Below, piece after piece: positions 1 to 9,119 of a DNA stretch of 64,000 nucleotides. How positions within the stretch are numbered: the stretch's first letter is position 1; the number at the start of each line of letters is the position of its first letter. Source of the DNA: an uncultured Planctomycetota bacterium (GTDB taxonomy: Bacteria > Planctomycetota > PLA2 > JAEUHO01); the NCBI GenBank assembly GCA_963752285.1, contig CAVVXN010000005.1, positions 864,001 to 928,000 of the forward strand. Direction: 5' to 3'. Under the pieces are notes generated by a model that saw only the letters and a program-made list of their open reading frames with translations, was not told where the DNA came from and ran no database searches. Made by a program: the position numbers and the translations under genes.

Positions 1-93
1 TTCAAGCTCTCTCTCTCGGGTGACGAACCCGGCGACCTGATGGACCTGGACGCGTACGAGGCGCAGCTCGCCTCGGACGCGACCGAGGCCTGA
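1..93 (+). CDS. C-terminal end of a probable glycine cleavage system H protein (partial, begins before window)
   Basis: Frame 1 reads FKLSLSGDEPGDLMDLDAYEAQLASDATEA*, resembling the GcvH C-terminus (FKxxL...LMDxxAY). Only 30 aa visible. Confidence 0.5.
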   Translation, partial: FKLSLSGDEPGDLMDLDAYEAQLASDATEA

Positions 94-106
94 GCCCCTC
101 GCGCCC

Positions 107-901
107 GTGAAGCCGATCCTCGTCGATCGCGTCCCCGTGCTCGGCGTGCCGATCCACGCGTTCGGCACCCTGATCGTGATCGCGTTCCTCGTGAGCGCGC
201 TCTACGTGCGGCGGCGCGCGGCCGTGAAGCTCGGCCTCGACCGCGAGCGGGTGTTCAACGTCTGCTTCGCGTTGCTGTTCATCGGGATCGCCGGGGCCCG
301 GGTCCTCTACGCGTTCGTCCACCACGACGAGTTCGCGAAGGCCCCGCTCACCTTCCTCGCGATCTGGCAGGGCGGCTTCGTGTTCTACGGCGGCCTCCTC
401 GCGTGCCTCGCCTGGCTCGCCTGGTACCTGCCGCGCCACGAGGACGTCCCGGGCTTCGCGTTCACCGACGTCCTCGCCCTCGGCGCCTGCCTCGCGGTCT
501 TCGTCGGGCGTTGGGCCTCGTTCCTCTCGGGCGAGAACTACGGCAGGGAGGCCCCGAACCTCCCCTGGGGCGTGGTCTTCCCGCCGGGGAGCCACGCCCC
601 CGTCGGGGTGAAGCTCCACCCGACGCAGCTGTACCACTCGCTCCACGGGCTCCTCCTCTTCGGCCTCCTCTGGCTCTGGTCGCGGCGGGACCCCCATCCA
701 GGCCGCGTCTTCGCGCTCTTCCTCATGCTGTACGCGGTGGGCCGGTTCGTGATCGAGTTCTGGCGCGGCGACGACGTCGCCCGGGGCATGGTCATCGAGG
801 GGACCATCTCGACGAGCCAGCTGATCTCGATCCCCGTCTTCTTCGCCGGGCTCGCGATCTACCTGATCCGCCGCCCCCCATCCCACGCGGGAGCGCGGTA
901 G
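107..901 (+). CDS. lgt: Prolipoprotein diacylglyceryl transferase
   Basis: Multi-TM protein with Lgt motifs IWQGGFVFYGG, GRWASFLSGENYG, HPTQLY and RFVIEFWRGD. Confidence 0.93.
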   Translation: MKPILVDRVPVLGVPIHAFGTLIVIAFLVSALYVRRRAAVKLGLDRERVFNVCFALLFIGIAGARVLYAFVHHDEFAKAPLTFLAIWQGGFVFYGGLLACLAWLAWYLPRHEDVPGFAFTDVLALGACLAVFVGRWASFLSGENYGREAPNLPWGVVFPPGSHAPVGVKLHPTQLYHSLHGLLLFGLLWLWSRRDPHPGRVFALFLMLYAVGRFVIEFWRGDDVARGMVIEGTISTSQLISIPVFFAGLAIYLIRRPPSHAGAR

Positions 902-905
902 CGGA

Positions 906-1346
906 ATGACGGACGGGCGTCGCCAGGAAGACGATCGGCGCCAACGGCCGACGCCGATGGTCTCGAGGTACTTCCTCCTGGGCCGACGACGCGGAGGCCG
1001 CCGGGAGGGCGAGACGGACCGCATCTACGTCGATCGACCCGGGGGCCTCGTGCTGACGGGCTTCTTCGTGCTCGTCGGCCTTTCGATGCTCGACGCGGCC
1101 TTCACGCTCTGGCTGCTCGAGCGTGGCGCGACGGAGGCGAACCCCGTCATGCGCGCCGCGCTCCACCTCGGCGACCACGCGTTCGTGCTCGTGAAGACCG
1201 CCGTGACGATCGTGGCCGCCGCTTTTCTCTGCCTCCATCGCACCTGGCCGCTCGGTCGCGTGTGCCTCGGGCTCGCGATCTTCGGGTACGCGGCGCTCAC
1301 CGCGTACCACCTCTACGCCCAGGGCGTGGTCCGCGCGCTCCTCTGA
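906..1346 (+). CDS. DUF5658-like small membrane protein
   Basis: Arg-rich N-terminus (DRR...GRRRGGRR...YVDR), then LDAAFTLWLLERGATEANPVM and three hydrophobic segments. Confidence 0.65.
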   Translation: MTDGRRQEDDRRQRPTPMVSRYFLLGRRRGGRREGETDRIYVDRPGGLVLTGFFVLVGLSMLDAAFTLWLLERGATEANPVMRAALHLGDHAFVLVKTAVTIVAAAFLCLHRTWPLGRVCLGLAIFGYAALTAYHLYAQGVVRALL

Positions 1347-1349
1347 CGG

Positions 1350-3308
1350 CTATCGCCGCGGCGACGGGGAGGCGGACGGGGTGCGGCCCGGCGCGCGGTG
1401 ACGAACCGACTCGAGGATGTCGTCCACCTCCGACCTCGCGGAGGGGTCCACGCGGTCGCGGGCCGCGGCGAGGGCGGGCGCGGCCTCCGCGGGCGCGCTG
1501 CGGTACGCGGCGATCCACGCCGCGCGGCGGTCCGGCGCGGGCGTCTCCGCGTCCACGCCGTCGAGCAGCGCCTCCGCCACGTCGAGCGGCACCAGGCCCG
1601 ACGTCCCGAGGAGCGTCTGGAGGTAGATCGCGCGCCGCGGGCTCGCGAGCCCGAGCGCGAACGCGTGCGCGCCCGCGGGCCCGAGGTCGAGGAGCGCCGA
1701 GGCGAGCGTCGCGGCCCAGGCGTCGGGCGCGTCGTCGAGCCAGCGCTCGAGCTCCCGCACCAGCGCCGCGCGCTGGCCCTGGGTCACGTCGGGCGCGCGG
1801 CTCGCCACCCACACGAGGAGGAGGCGGATCGCGTGGTCGTCGAGCGCCGTCCCGGGCCGCGCGAGTGCGTTCTCGAGCGGCGCGATCGAGGCCGCGCGCG
1901 GCTCCTTGCGCACCACGATCGCCGCGGCCTCCGCGGCGCCGGCGTCGTCCCCGCAGAGCGCCGCGTCGAGCCACCCGTCCGCCGCCGCCGGGTCGGCGGC
2001 GCGGAGGCGCTCGTACGCGAGGTGGACCAGGCCCGAGAACGAGCCCGCGGGCCGAACGCCGTCGAGGACCTTTCGTGCGAGGTCCCGCCAGCCGTCCGCG
2101 TCGGCCTTCGCCAGCTCGTCGAGCGCCCGGGCCGCGGGGGGGCCCTCGGCCGGGTTCGGCACGGGGACGTCGAGGAACGCCTCGAGCGTCGCGCGCGCCT
2201 CCTCGAGCTGGTTCGCGCTCTCCCCCTCCACGGGGCTGCACTCACGGGCGAGCACGTCCAGCAACGGATCGGGGCCGCCGAGGTCCGCGCGCACGGCGCG
2301 CACGTACGTCTCGTGCCCCGCGCGCGCCAGCGCGCAGCGGGCGCGCGCCGCCGGGACGAGGCCCGACTCGAGCCACGGCCGCGTCGCGGACACGCTGCTC
2401 TCCCCCGGAAGCGTCGGCGCGTACGCGAGTCCCTCCATGACGGTCGTGGGGGCGAGGACCCCGCCCTTGGCGAGCGCCGCGAGGAGCTCCTTCGGGTCGC
2501 TCGGCCACACCGCGTCGTCCACGCGGACGCGCGCGGCCCTCCAGACGGGCGCGACGAAGCGGCCGACCGAGCGACCGGGTCTCGGGCCCGCCGTCTCCGC
2601 GCAAAGGGCCCACCAGACCAGCGCGTCCGCGGCGTCGGGCACCGCATCGAGCCAGCCTCCGACGCGCGACCACTCGAGCGGCGTCGAGCCCGCGAGTACG
2701 ACGCCGAGCGCCGCTTCACGCCAGGGCGTCCCCCGTCCGAACAGGGCCGGCGCGGCCACGGACGCCACGACGGGGTCCGCCGGGAGCCCGCGCAGCGCCG
2801 CGAGCAGCGCTTTCGAGCCGCGCGGGTCGTCCCCGCGCGCGAGCACCGCCACCGCGCTCCGCGTGAGCGTGGCCTCCTGCCGGTCGACCGCCGGCACGGC
2901 CCACGCGAGCGCGAGGTCGGCCGGCAGGTCGTCCAGGTCGCGGAGGACGTCGAGGATCGAGAACCAGGAGTTGGGGATCTGGTACGGGTTCGACGTCAGA
3001 CGGCGGAGGAGCCCGGGGTCGGCGAGCAGCCGCTTCGTCGGGTCCTGGAGCGCGTGGAGGTCGGCCTCCGCGTGGGCGAGGTTCAGCGCGTCGAGGTCCG
3101 GGATCTCGAACGTGCCCGTGCGCGGGAGGGGGCCCTCCACGAGCCGCGCCAGCGCGAATTTCGCGCGCGCGGCGTCGTCGAGCGGTGGCATCGCGACACG
3201 GCTCCGCGACGCCCGCGGCCGCGGTCCGGGCGCGGGCTTCCCGCAGCCCAGGACGAGGAGGGCGGCGAGCAGGAGGGGCAGGAGGCCGCGTCGGGTCCGA
3301 GTCGTCAT
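1350..3308 (-). CDS. Hypothetical lipoprotein with HEAT-like helical repeats
   Basis: MTTRTRRGLLPLLLAALLVLGC lipobox; Ala/Leu-rich helical body. Confidence 0.65.
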   Translation of the reverse strand: MTTRTRRGLLPLLLAALLVLGCGKPAPGPRPRASRSRVAMPPLDDAARAKFALARLVEGPLPRTGTFEIPDLDALNLAHAEADLHALQDPTKRLLADPGLLRRLTSNPYQIPNSWFSILDVLRDLDDLPADLALAWAVPAVDRQEATLTRSAVAVLARGDDPRGSKALLAALRGLPADPVVASVAAPALFGRGTPWREAALGVVLAGSTPLEWSRVGGWLDAVPDAADALVWWALCAETAGPRPGRSVGRFVAPVWRAARVRVDDAVWPSDPKELLAALAKGGVLAPTTVMEGLAYAPTLPGESSVSATRPWLESGLVPAARARCALARAGHETYVRAVRADLGGPDPLLDVLARECSPVEGESANQLEEARATLEAFLDVPVPNPAEGPPAARALDELAKADADGWRDLARKVLDGVRPAGSFSGLVHLAYERLRAADPAAADGWLDAALCGDDAGAAEAAAIVVRKEPRAASIAPLENALARPGTALDDHAIRLLLVWVASRAPDVTQGQRAALVRELERWLDDAPDAWAATLASALLDLGPAGAHAFALGLASPRRAIYLQTLLGTSGLVPLDVAEALLDGVDAETPAPDRRAAWIAAYRSAPAEAAPALAAARDRVDPSARSEVDDILESVRHRAPGRTPSASPSPRR

Positions 3309-3425
3309 CCGGTCCTTCGTCGCTTCTCCGCGCGCCCGCCGCATCCTACCGGGCGGGACGCGGGACGGCGGGCCCGCGAGCCCGACGCAGCGGCGCCCAC
3401 CCCGGTCCCGCGCGATCTCCGACGG

Positions 3426-5033
3426 CTAGTGGGGGCCGACGCCGAGGTTTTCGCCGAGGAGGCCGACGGACCGCCAGAACCTCGCCTCCGCCTTCCGGAC
3501 TTCGGTCGCGGCGGTCGATCGCCGCAGGCGCGCGTTCGTCAGCGCCTCCTCCTTCTGGAGGGTGTTGAACGGCGTGGACTTGCCCTGCGCGAGGAGCTGC
3601 TGCTCGCCGCGCAGGTCCTCTTCGGCCGCGTCCACCTGCGCGTCGGCGCTCTCGAGCACCGCGCGCGCGGTCACGAGCTGGCGCACGCCGTCCCGGACCT
3701 GCTGGACCACCTGGTTCTGCTGTTCCTGGAAGCGGAGCACCGCCTGCCGCCGGGCCCACTGGCTCGCGCGGAGCCGACTTCTGGCCGCGCGCTGCCCGAT
3801 GAACATCGAGAAGCGGATCCCGAGGTTCGCGGACAGGGCCTGGCCCTTGAACATCTCCCCCACCGAGTCGGCGAAGCCCGACTTGAGGCTCGAGCTCCCG
3901 ACCCCGCCGACGAGGTCGAGCTGGGGACGGACAGAGTCCGCGGCGACGGTCACGTCGATGCTGCGGTTCGCGAGCTCGGCGTGGGTGGCCTTGAGCTCGG
4001 GCCGGTTCTGCATCGCGACCGCCACGTAGCGGTCGATCGCGTCCACCTCCGGGGTGTTCGTCGTCGCGACGTTCACGTCGTCGGCCGCGACGAAGCGGAT
4101 GCCCTTCGCGTCCGTCGGCGTGAAGGGCTCGACGAGCGCCCGAAGCACGTCCTGCTGGTGCGCGAGGAGCCCCTCCGTCGTGATTCGGGTGCCGCGCCGG
4201 TCCTCGAGGCCCGCGCGCGCCTCGGCGACCTGGAGCGGCGTGCCGACCTTCGCATCGAGGCGCGCGTTCGCGTCGCGGAGGAGCTTCGCCGCGGTCTCCT
4301 CGGACTTGAACCGCGAGCCGAGGTCGTCCTGGAGACGCGCGAGCTCCCAGTACGCCTGCACCACCTGGAGGATCGTGTCCTCGCGCAACGCGCGCACGCC
4401 TTCGCGCGCGCGGATCACGTCGTTGTGCGCGGTCCGGGCCTTCGAGAGCACCACGTCGCCGGCGCCGCGCAGGAGCGGCTGGGTCGTCTCGAACCCGACC
4501 TCGTGCGTCCAGGCCGGGTTGACCGTCACGAACAGGCTGTCGCTCTGGTCTCGGTCCGCGCGGTACATGAACGAGACCGTCCCCCCCGAGGGGAGGAGCT
4601 GCGTCACGCCCGCGGTCCCGTTCACGTCGTTCTCGGTGACGACGGAACGTCCGAAGAACGCCGAGACCGAGGGCGTCTCCGAGTGCGCATAGCCGAACTC
4701 GGCCGAGAGAAGGGGGTCGAAGAGCGCGCGCTCGGCCTGGTAGCCGGCGTCCGCGATCGCCGGGTCGATCCGGCCCGCGCGGAGCGACAAGTTCGCCTGG
4801 AGCGCGAGGCGCACGACGTCGAGCAGCGAGACGCGCCGGACCTCGCCCGCGTTCAGCACGCCCGCGGGGGCGGTGCGGTCGTCGGCGCCCTTCTCGGGTT
4901 GCGCCGTCGGCCCGGCCGGGGCCGTGGCCGTGGCTGTTGCCGGGACGTGCGCCGTCGGCTCGTCGTCCGCACGCGCGCGGAGCGCGAGGACCGAGAGCGA
5001 CGCGGCGACGACGAAGACGATCGTGCGGCGCAT
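3426..5033 (-). CDS. TolC-family outer membrane efflux protein
   Basis: Signal peptide; SLLDVVRLALQANLSL, VVQAYWEL, AMQNRPEL and a second repeat typical of OEP channels. Confidence 0.88.
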   Translation of the reverse strand: MRRTIVFVVAASLSVLALRARADDEPTAHVPATATATAPAGPTAQPEKGADDRTAPAGVLNAGEVRRVSLLDVVRLALQANLSLRAGRIDPAIADAGYQAERALFDPLLSAEFGYAHSETPSVSAFFGRSVVTENDVNGTAGVTQLLPSGGTVSFMYRADRDQSDSLFVTVNPAWTHEVGFETTQPLLRGAGDVVLSKARTAHNDVIRAREGVRALREDTILQVVQAYWELARLQDDLGSRFKSEETAAKLLRDANARLDAKVGTPLQVAEARAGLEDRRGTRITTEGLLAHQQDVLRALVEPFTPTDAKGIRFVAADDVNVATTNTPEVDAIDRYVAVAMQNRPELKATHAELANRSIDVTVAADSVRPQLDLVGGVGSSSLKSGFADSVGEMFKGQALSANLGIRFSMFIGQRAARSRLRASQWARRQAVLRFQEQQNQVVQQVRDGVRQLVTARAVLESADAQVDAAEEDLRGEQQLLAQGKSTPFNTLQKEEALTNARLRRSTAATEVRKAEARFWRSVGLLGENLGVGPH

Positions 5034-5078
5034 CGAGGCCTCCCACCTCCCGGTCCGGCGCCCGCCCCGCCCGGGCCG

Positions 5079-6332
5079 TCACCGACCCGGGAACGCGGCG
5101 GTACCGCGATCCACCGCCTCGAAGGCGGGGCTCAGCAGATAGTCCACCAAGGCGGTCACGTCCGTGTCTCCCGACGCCTCGACCTGGGTCCGGACCCGGA
5201 ACCGCCGGAGCGCCTCGAGCGCCTCCGGCGTCCGGATTCGGGCGAGCGAGAAGAGGGCCTCCCGTCGGACCGAGAGGCTCTCGAGCCGCGCCACCAGCCA
5301 CGGCACCTCGGGCGGGCCCCCGAGCCGACCGACCGCGCGCACGATCGCGGCGAGGACCTCGGTCTCGTCCTCCTGTGCGTACGCGTCGCGAACGAGGGGC
5401 AGGGCCTCCCGCCAGCCCCCCTCGGCGAGGAGGTCGAACACGCGGCGCCGGACGGCGGGGCGCGTCTCGGGGAGGGCGTGGAAGATCGCGGGGAGCGCCC
5501 GCCGTCCCCCGGACTCCAGCGCGCGCTCGAGCACCGCTACCCGCGCGTCGTCGTCGGGTGCGGCCGTAACGGCGCGGGCGAGGGCGTCGGGCGGCGTCGC
5601 CGTCGCGTCGCGATCGACCCGGGTCGGCGCGCGGCCCTTCGTGACGATCCCGAGGAGGCGCATCAGCCACGTCTTCTCCGCCGGGGTGCGCACCCGGTCT
5701 GCGACGGACTCGAGCCGGGCGGTGACGGCCGCGTCGAACACGTCCGGCCGGACGCCCGCGAGGTACACGAGCTCGCGGGCGGCGTGGACCCGCGTCCAGA
5801 CGCCGCCGCCGAGGAGCCGCGAGACGAGCTCGTCCCGCGTGGCCCGGGCCCGCTCGTCGGGCGAGACGATGGCGGCGAGCTCGACGTGGCGCCGGAGCAT
5901 CTCGAGCTTCTCCTGGCCCACGTCGCCGGCGACGTCGAAGAGGGTGAGGAGCCGCCACGCCACCCCGTCCCCCGAACGGCCGAGGAAGAGCGCCACCCGA
6001 CGACTCGACCTGGTGTCGAAGTACGGCGCGGAGGGGTGCTGCTCGTCGTTCGTCGGGTGCGGGCCGCCCACGAGGACCATCACGCGGTCGAGCTTCGGCC
6101 CGCGTACGACCTCCTCGACCTGGATCTCGGCGACCTGCGGGCTCCGCTCGCCGTGGAGTCGCGCGAGGTGACCCACCACGACCAGGTCGCTCGGCCGAAG
6201 GGCCCCCGCGTCGAGCGCCGTCATCGGCGGCCCGAGGACGTCGGCCCCGGGCGTCCCGTCCGACCGGGCGAGACCGGCCGGGAGCCCGGCCAGGAGGAGG
6301 AAGAAGATCGATCCCGCGCCGCGCCGTACCAC
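5079..6332 (-). CDS. Secreted HEAT-repeat protein
   Basis: Signal peptide; repeats such as VRRRVFDLLAE, AIVRAVGRLG, VRREALFSLARI. Confidence 0.7.
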   Translation of the reverse strand: MVRRGAGSIFFLLLAGLPAGLARSDGTPGADVLGPPMTALDAGALRPSDLVVVGHLARLHGERSPQVAEIQVEEVVRGPKLDRVMVLVGGPHPTNDEQHPSAPYFDTRSSRRVALFLGRSGDGVAWRLLTLFDVAGDVGQEKLEMLRRHVELAAIVSPDERARATRDELVSRLLGGGVWTRVHAARELVYLAGVRPDVFDAAVTARLESVADRVRTPAEKTWLMRLLGIVTKGRAPTRVDRDATATPPDALARAVTAAPDDDARVAVLERALESGGRRALPAIFHALPETRPAVRRRVFDLLAEGGWREALPLVRDAYAQEDETEVLAAIVRAVGRLGGPPEVPWLVARLESLSVRREALFSLARIRTPEALEALRRFRVRTQVEASGDTDVTALVDYLLSPAFEAVDRGTAAFPGR

Positions 6333-6382
6333 GCGGGCAGGCTACCCGGCGGAGCACGCCTCCGGGCGGAGACGCGGACGCG

Positions 6383-6601
6383 CTACCCCGCGCGCGGGGC
6401 CGTCATCCGGCGCACCCGCGGGCGGAACGCCGGAGGCCGTACGGGCAGGCGGTCGTGCTCTCGCTCCTCACGCACCTTGCGGTGGTGGAGCTCCGCGAAC
6501 CGCGCGCACTCCTCGATCGACCCCACGAAGATCTCGAGACCCTGTCGTCGAACGCTGTACAGGCGCTTCCCCTCCGACAGGCACCGGAAGACCACCTCCA
6601 T
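6383..6601 (-). CDS. Small hypothetical protein (72 aa)
   Basis: ATG at 6601; MEVVFRCLSEGKRLYSVRRQGLEIFVGSIEECARF... has protein-like composition and fills an intergenic gap. Confidence 0.6.
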   Translation of the reverse strand: MEVVFRCLSEGKRLYSVRRQGLEIFVGSIEECARFAELHHRKVREEREHDRLPVRPPAFRPRVRRMTAPRAG

Positions 6602-6826
6602 CGAACGCCCCTTCCGCGTCCCAGCCCCGGAAGAGGTGGGCCGTCCCCGGGATCGGCTCCGTCGTCCGGCCGGACGCTCGCAATCGTGACATATAGCCCA
6701 CGCCCGCGTCGCCGGTCGCCCGAACGTGAAGGCCCGGTTGGCCCCCGCGGACGTGTCGCGCAACCCTTGGATCGACCATTTGGACGCCGCTCCGCACCGA
6801 TCGTCTCGCACGATCTGGGAGAATCC

Positions 6827-8464
6827 TCAGTACGTGCGGTACGCCGCCTGGAGCGCGAGCAGGACGAGCGCCGTGTCCCCCACCGGATCGCCGTCGCGCA
6901 CGACCCCCACCGACGTCAGCCGGCGGGCGAGACGACGGTCGAGGTCCCGGCTCCAGGCGCGGAACGCGGCGGGCGCCTCGCGCACGAGGCCCGCGCCCGT
7001 GGTCGCCAGGACGAAGGGCTCCGCGTCGATCGAGACGCCGGTCTCGGCGACGCGCGCGGCACGGCTCCGGACCGCGGCGCGGACGCGCTCGCCGAGCTGT
7101 CGCGTGAGGAGGAGGCTCGCGGCGTCGTCCATCGGGGTGGCGCGATCCGTGCGCTCGAACCAGGCCGCGAACCGTTCCGCCACGGACGCCGGCGGGAGCA
7201 CGGCCCCCGTTCGCGCCGCGGCCTCGAGTCCCCACATCGGCCAGATCGCGCGGCGCAGGTCGTTCTCCGCGCCGGCGAAGCTCCCGTCGTCGCGTTGGCT
7301 CCCGACGACGCGGCCGGTCAGCGCCGCGATCTCGGTCGCGCGCGTGCTCGCCTCATGCGGGGTGAGCCGGCCGTACGAGAGCATGTAGTCCTCGGACAGC
7401 GCCTTCAGGGCGATGCCGAGCTCGAACGCCGGCGCCTTCGCGAGCTCGCCCTCGCCCGCCGCGAGACGCGCGCGGATCCACGCGACGCCCGTCGCGACGA
7501 CCGCCTGGTCGGCGCCCGTTCGCGACCCGTTCCCGTCACCGAGGAAGGGCAGGAGCGCGAGCGCGGTCTCGCCCAGGTCGGTCCGGTCGCCCGCGCCGGC
7601 GAAGGCGCCGCCGGGCCGCTGCCGCAGGCGCAGGGCGGCGAGGCCGCGGTGGACGGTTTCGAGCGTGTGGTCCGCGTCGAGCCCGAGGCCCTCCAGGCGG
7701 ACGCGCTTCCGCGCGGTCTCGATCCGGTCGAGCATCGGTCCCACGACCCCGCGCGGGTGGTCGTACTGGTGCTCCTCGAGCGGAGACAGGCTCTCGGGCG
7801 ACCGCTCCGCGGGACCCGTCGGCGCCGGCTTCGGCGCGAGCGGTTCGGGGAAGCCCTCGCCCGGCTGCGGGAGCCAGGGCGATCCGACGGGCTCGCCCAG
7901 GGGCTCGTCGGCCGCGGGACCGAGCCCCTCGACCGGCGGGGGCGCCCAGGCGACGACCCGTCCCGACGAGGTGCCGACCGGACGCTTCGTGATCGCGAAG
8001 ACGACGAGCGCGAGGACCACGAGGTGTGCGAGGGCCGAGAGGGCGATGACGCGCGCCCACACGAGCCGCCGCCGGGAGGCGGCTTCGCGGGCGCCGCGGG
8101 CCTCGCGCGCCTCCTCCCGCCCCACCTCGGCGCGGACGAAGGCGGAGAGGCGCCGGGCGACCTCGGGATCGGGCCGGGCCGCGTGCGCCTCGCGCAGGCG
8201 GTCGAGGAGGCGGGTCGTCCGCCCCGACTCGGCCTGCAGGTCCCGGCCCTCGGCGCGGGCCCAGGCCGCCAGCCGCGCGAGCCCCGTGGCGTCGATCTCG
8301 CCACGGGCGCGGTCCACGAGGAGCCCCTCGATCTCGGGGTCCGGGACGGCGTCGGGGCGGGGGGTCGGGGCGGGCTTCACGGGGCCTTCTCCCGAGGCGG
8401 CTCGGGCGGGTGGACGGCGGGCGGGGTCGGGGTCCTCCAAGGGGAAACGGGCGGGGCGGCTCAC
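6827..8464 (-). CDS. Putative anti-sigma factor: N-terminal cytoplasmic part, one TM helix, C-terminal prenyltransferase/squalene-cyclase-repeat-like domain
   Basis: Overlaps the sigma stop codon; TM VIALSALAHLVVLALVVFAI; RGLAALRLRQRPGGAF, TALALLPFLGDG and SQRDDGSF resemble QW-type repeats. Confidence 0.6.
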   Translation of the reverse strand: MSRPARFPLEDPDPARRPPARAASGEGPVKPAPTPRPDAVPDPEIEGLLVDRARGEIDATGLARLAAWARAEGRDLQAESGRTTRLLDRLREAHAARPDPEVARRLSAFVRAEVGREEAREARGAREAASRRRLVWARVIALSALAHLVVLALVVFAITKRPVGTSSGRVVAWAPPPVEGLGPAADEPLGEPVGSPWLPQPGEGFPEPLAPKPAPTGPAERSPESLSPLEEHQYDHPRGVVGPMLDRIETARKRVRLEGLGLDADHTLETVHRGLAALRLRQRPGGAFAGAGDRTDLGETALALLPFLGDGNGSRTGADQAVVATGVAWIRARLAAGEGELAKAPAFELGIALKALSEDYMLSYGRLTPHEASTRATEIAALTGRVVGSQRDDGSFAGAENDLRRAIWPMWGLEAAARTGAVLPPASVAERFAAWFERTDRATPMDDAASLLLTRQLGERVRAAVRSRAARVAETGVSIDAEPFVLATTGAGLVREAPAAFRAWSRDLDRRLARRLTSVGVVRDGDPVGDTALVLLALQAAYRTY

Positions 8465-9042
8465 GGTTCGAACCCCGCGCGCTGGAGAGCCTCCCTCAGG
8501 AGTCGTACGGCCGCGTGGACCCGGGACTTCACCGTGCCCACGGGGATGCCCAGGATGCCCGCGATGTCCTGGTAGCGCAGTCCCTCGACCTGGGTCAGGA
8601 CGAAGACCTCGCGCTGCTCGTCCGAGAGGACGGCCATCGCCCGGTCGAGCGCCTCGCGGAGCTCGCCGAGGTCGAGACCCCGTTCGGGCGGGTCCGGTCC
8701 CGCTTCGAGGTCGGGGGCGCGCCCCGCCTCGGATCCCGCGACCGGCGCGTCGGCCGAGACCGTGGGCGGACCGGCCCGACGGTGGCGGACCACGTCGATC
8801 CAGTGGTTTCGCGCCACGTGGAAGAGGTACGTGACGAAGCGCGCCTCGGCGCGGTAGCGCTCGCGTACGCGATAGATGCGCAGCAGGACGTCCTGCGCGC
8901 AGTCCTCGGCCGTGGCGGGGTCGGCTCCGAGCCGGCGGAAGAACCCGAGGAGCCGGGGCAGCACGCGCTCGACGAGCGGCGTGAAGGCCGCGACGTCGCC
9001 CTGGGCGACACGCGACATCAGCTCGGTCTCCTCGTCGATCAA
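8461..9042 (-). CDS. ECF-type RNA polymerase sigma-70 factor
   Basis: AEDCAQDVLLRIY, YLFHVARNHWIDVVR, LSDEQREVFVL...YQDIAGILGIPVGTVKSRV. TTG start at 9042 inferred. Confidence 0.92.
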   Translation of the reverse strand: MIDEETELMSRVAQGDVAAFTPLVERVLPRLLGFFRRLGADPATAEDCAQDVLLRIYRVRERYRAEARFVTYLFHVARNHWIDVVRHRRAGPPTVSADAPVAGSEAGRAPDLEAGPDPPERGLDLGELREALDRAMAVLSDEQREVFVLTQVEGLRYQDIAGILGIPVGTVKSRVHAAVRLLREALQRAGFEP

Positions 9043-9119
9043 GGCCCGCTCCCCACCGTTCGCGATGCGGAGGATACGGTGCCGGCTCTCGAACCCAGTC
9101 GCTCTGCGGCGCGCCTGGG

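Noticed and set aside
1398..6689. 1763-aa plus-strand ORF and many similar long Arg/Pro-rich ORFs
   Set aside because: Shadow frames of real genes in high-GC DNA; no family motifs.
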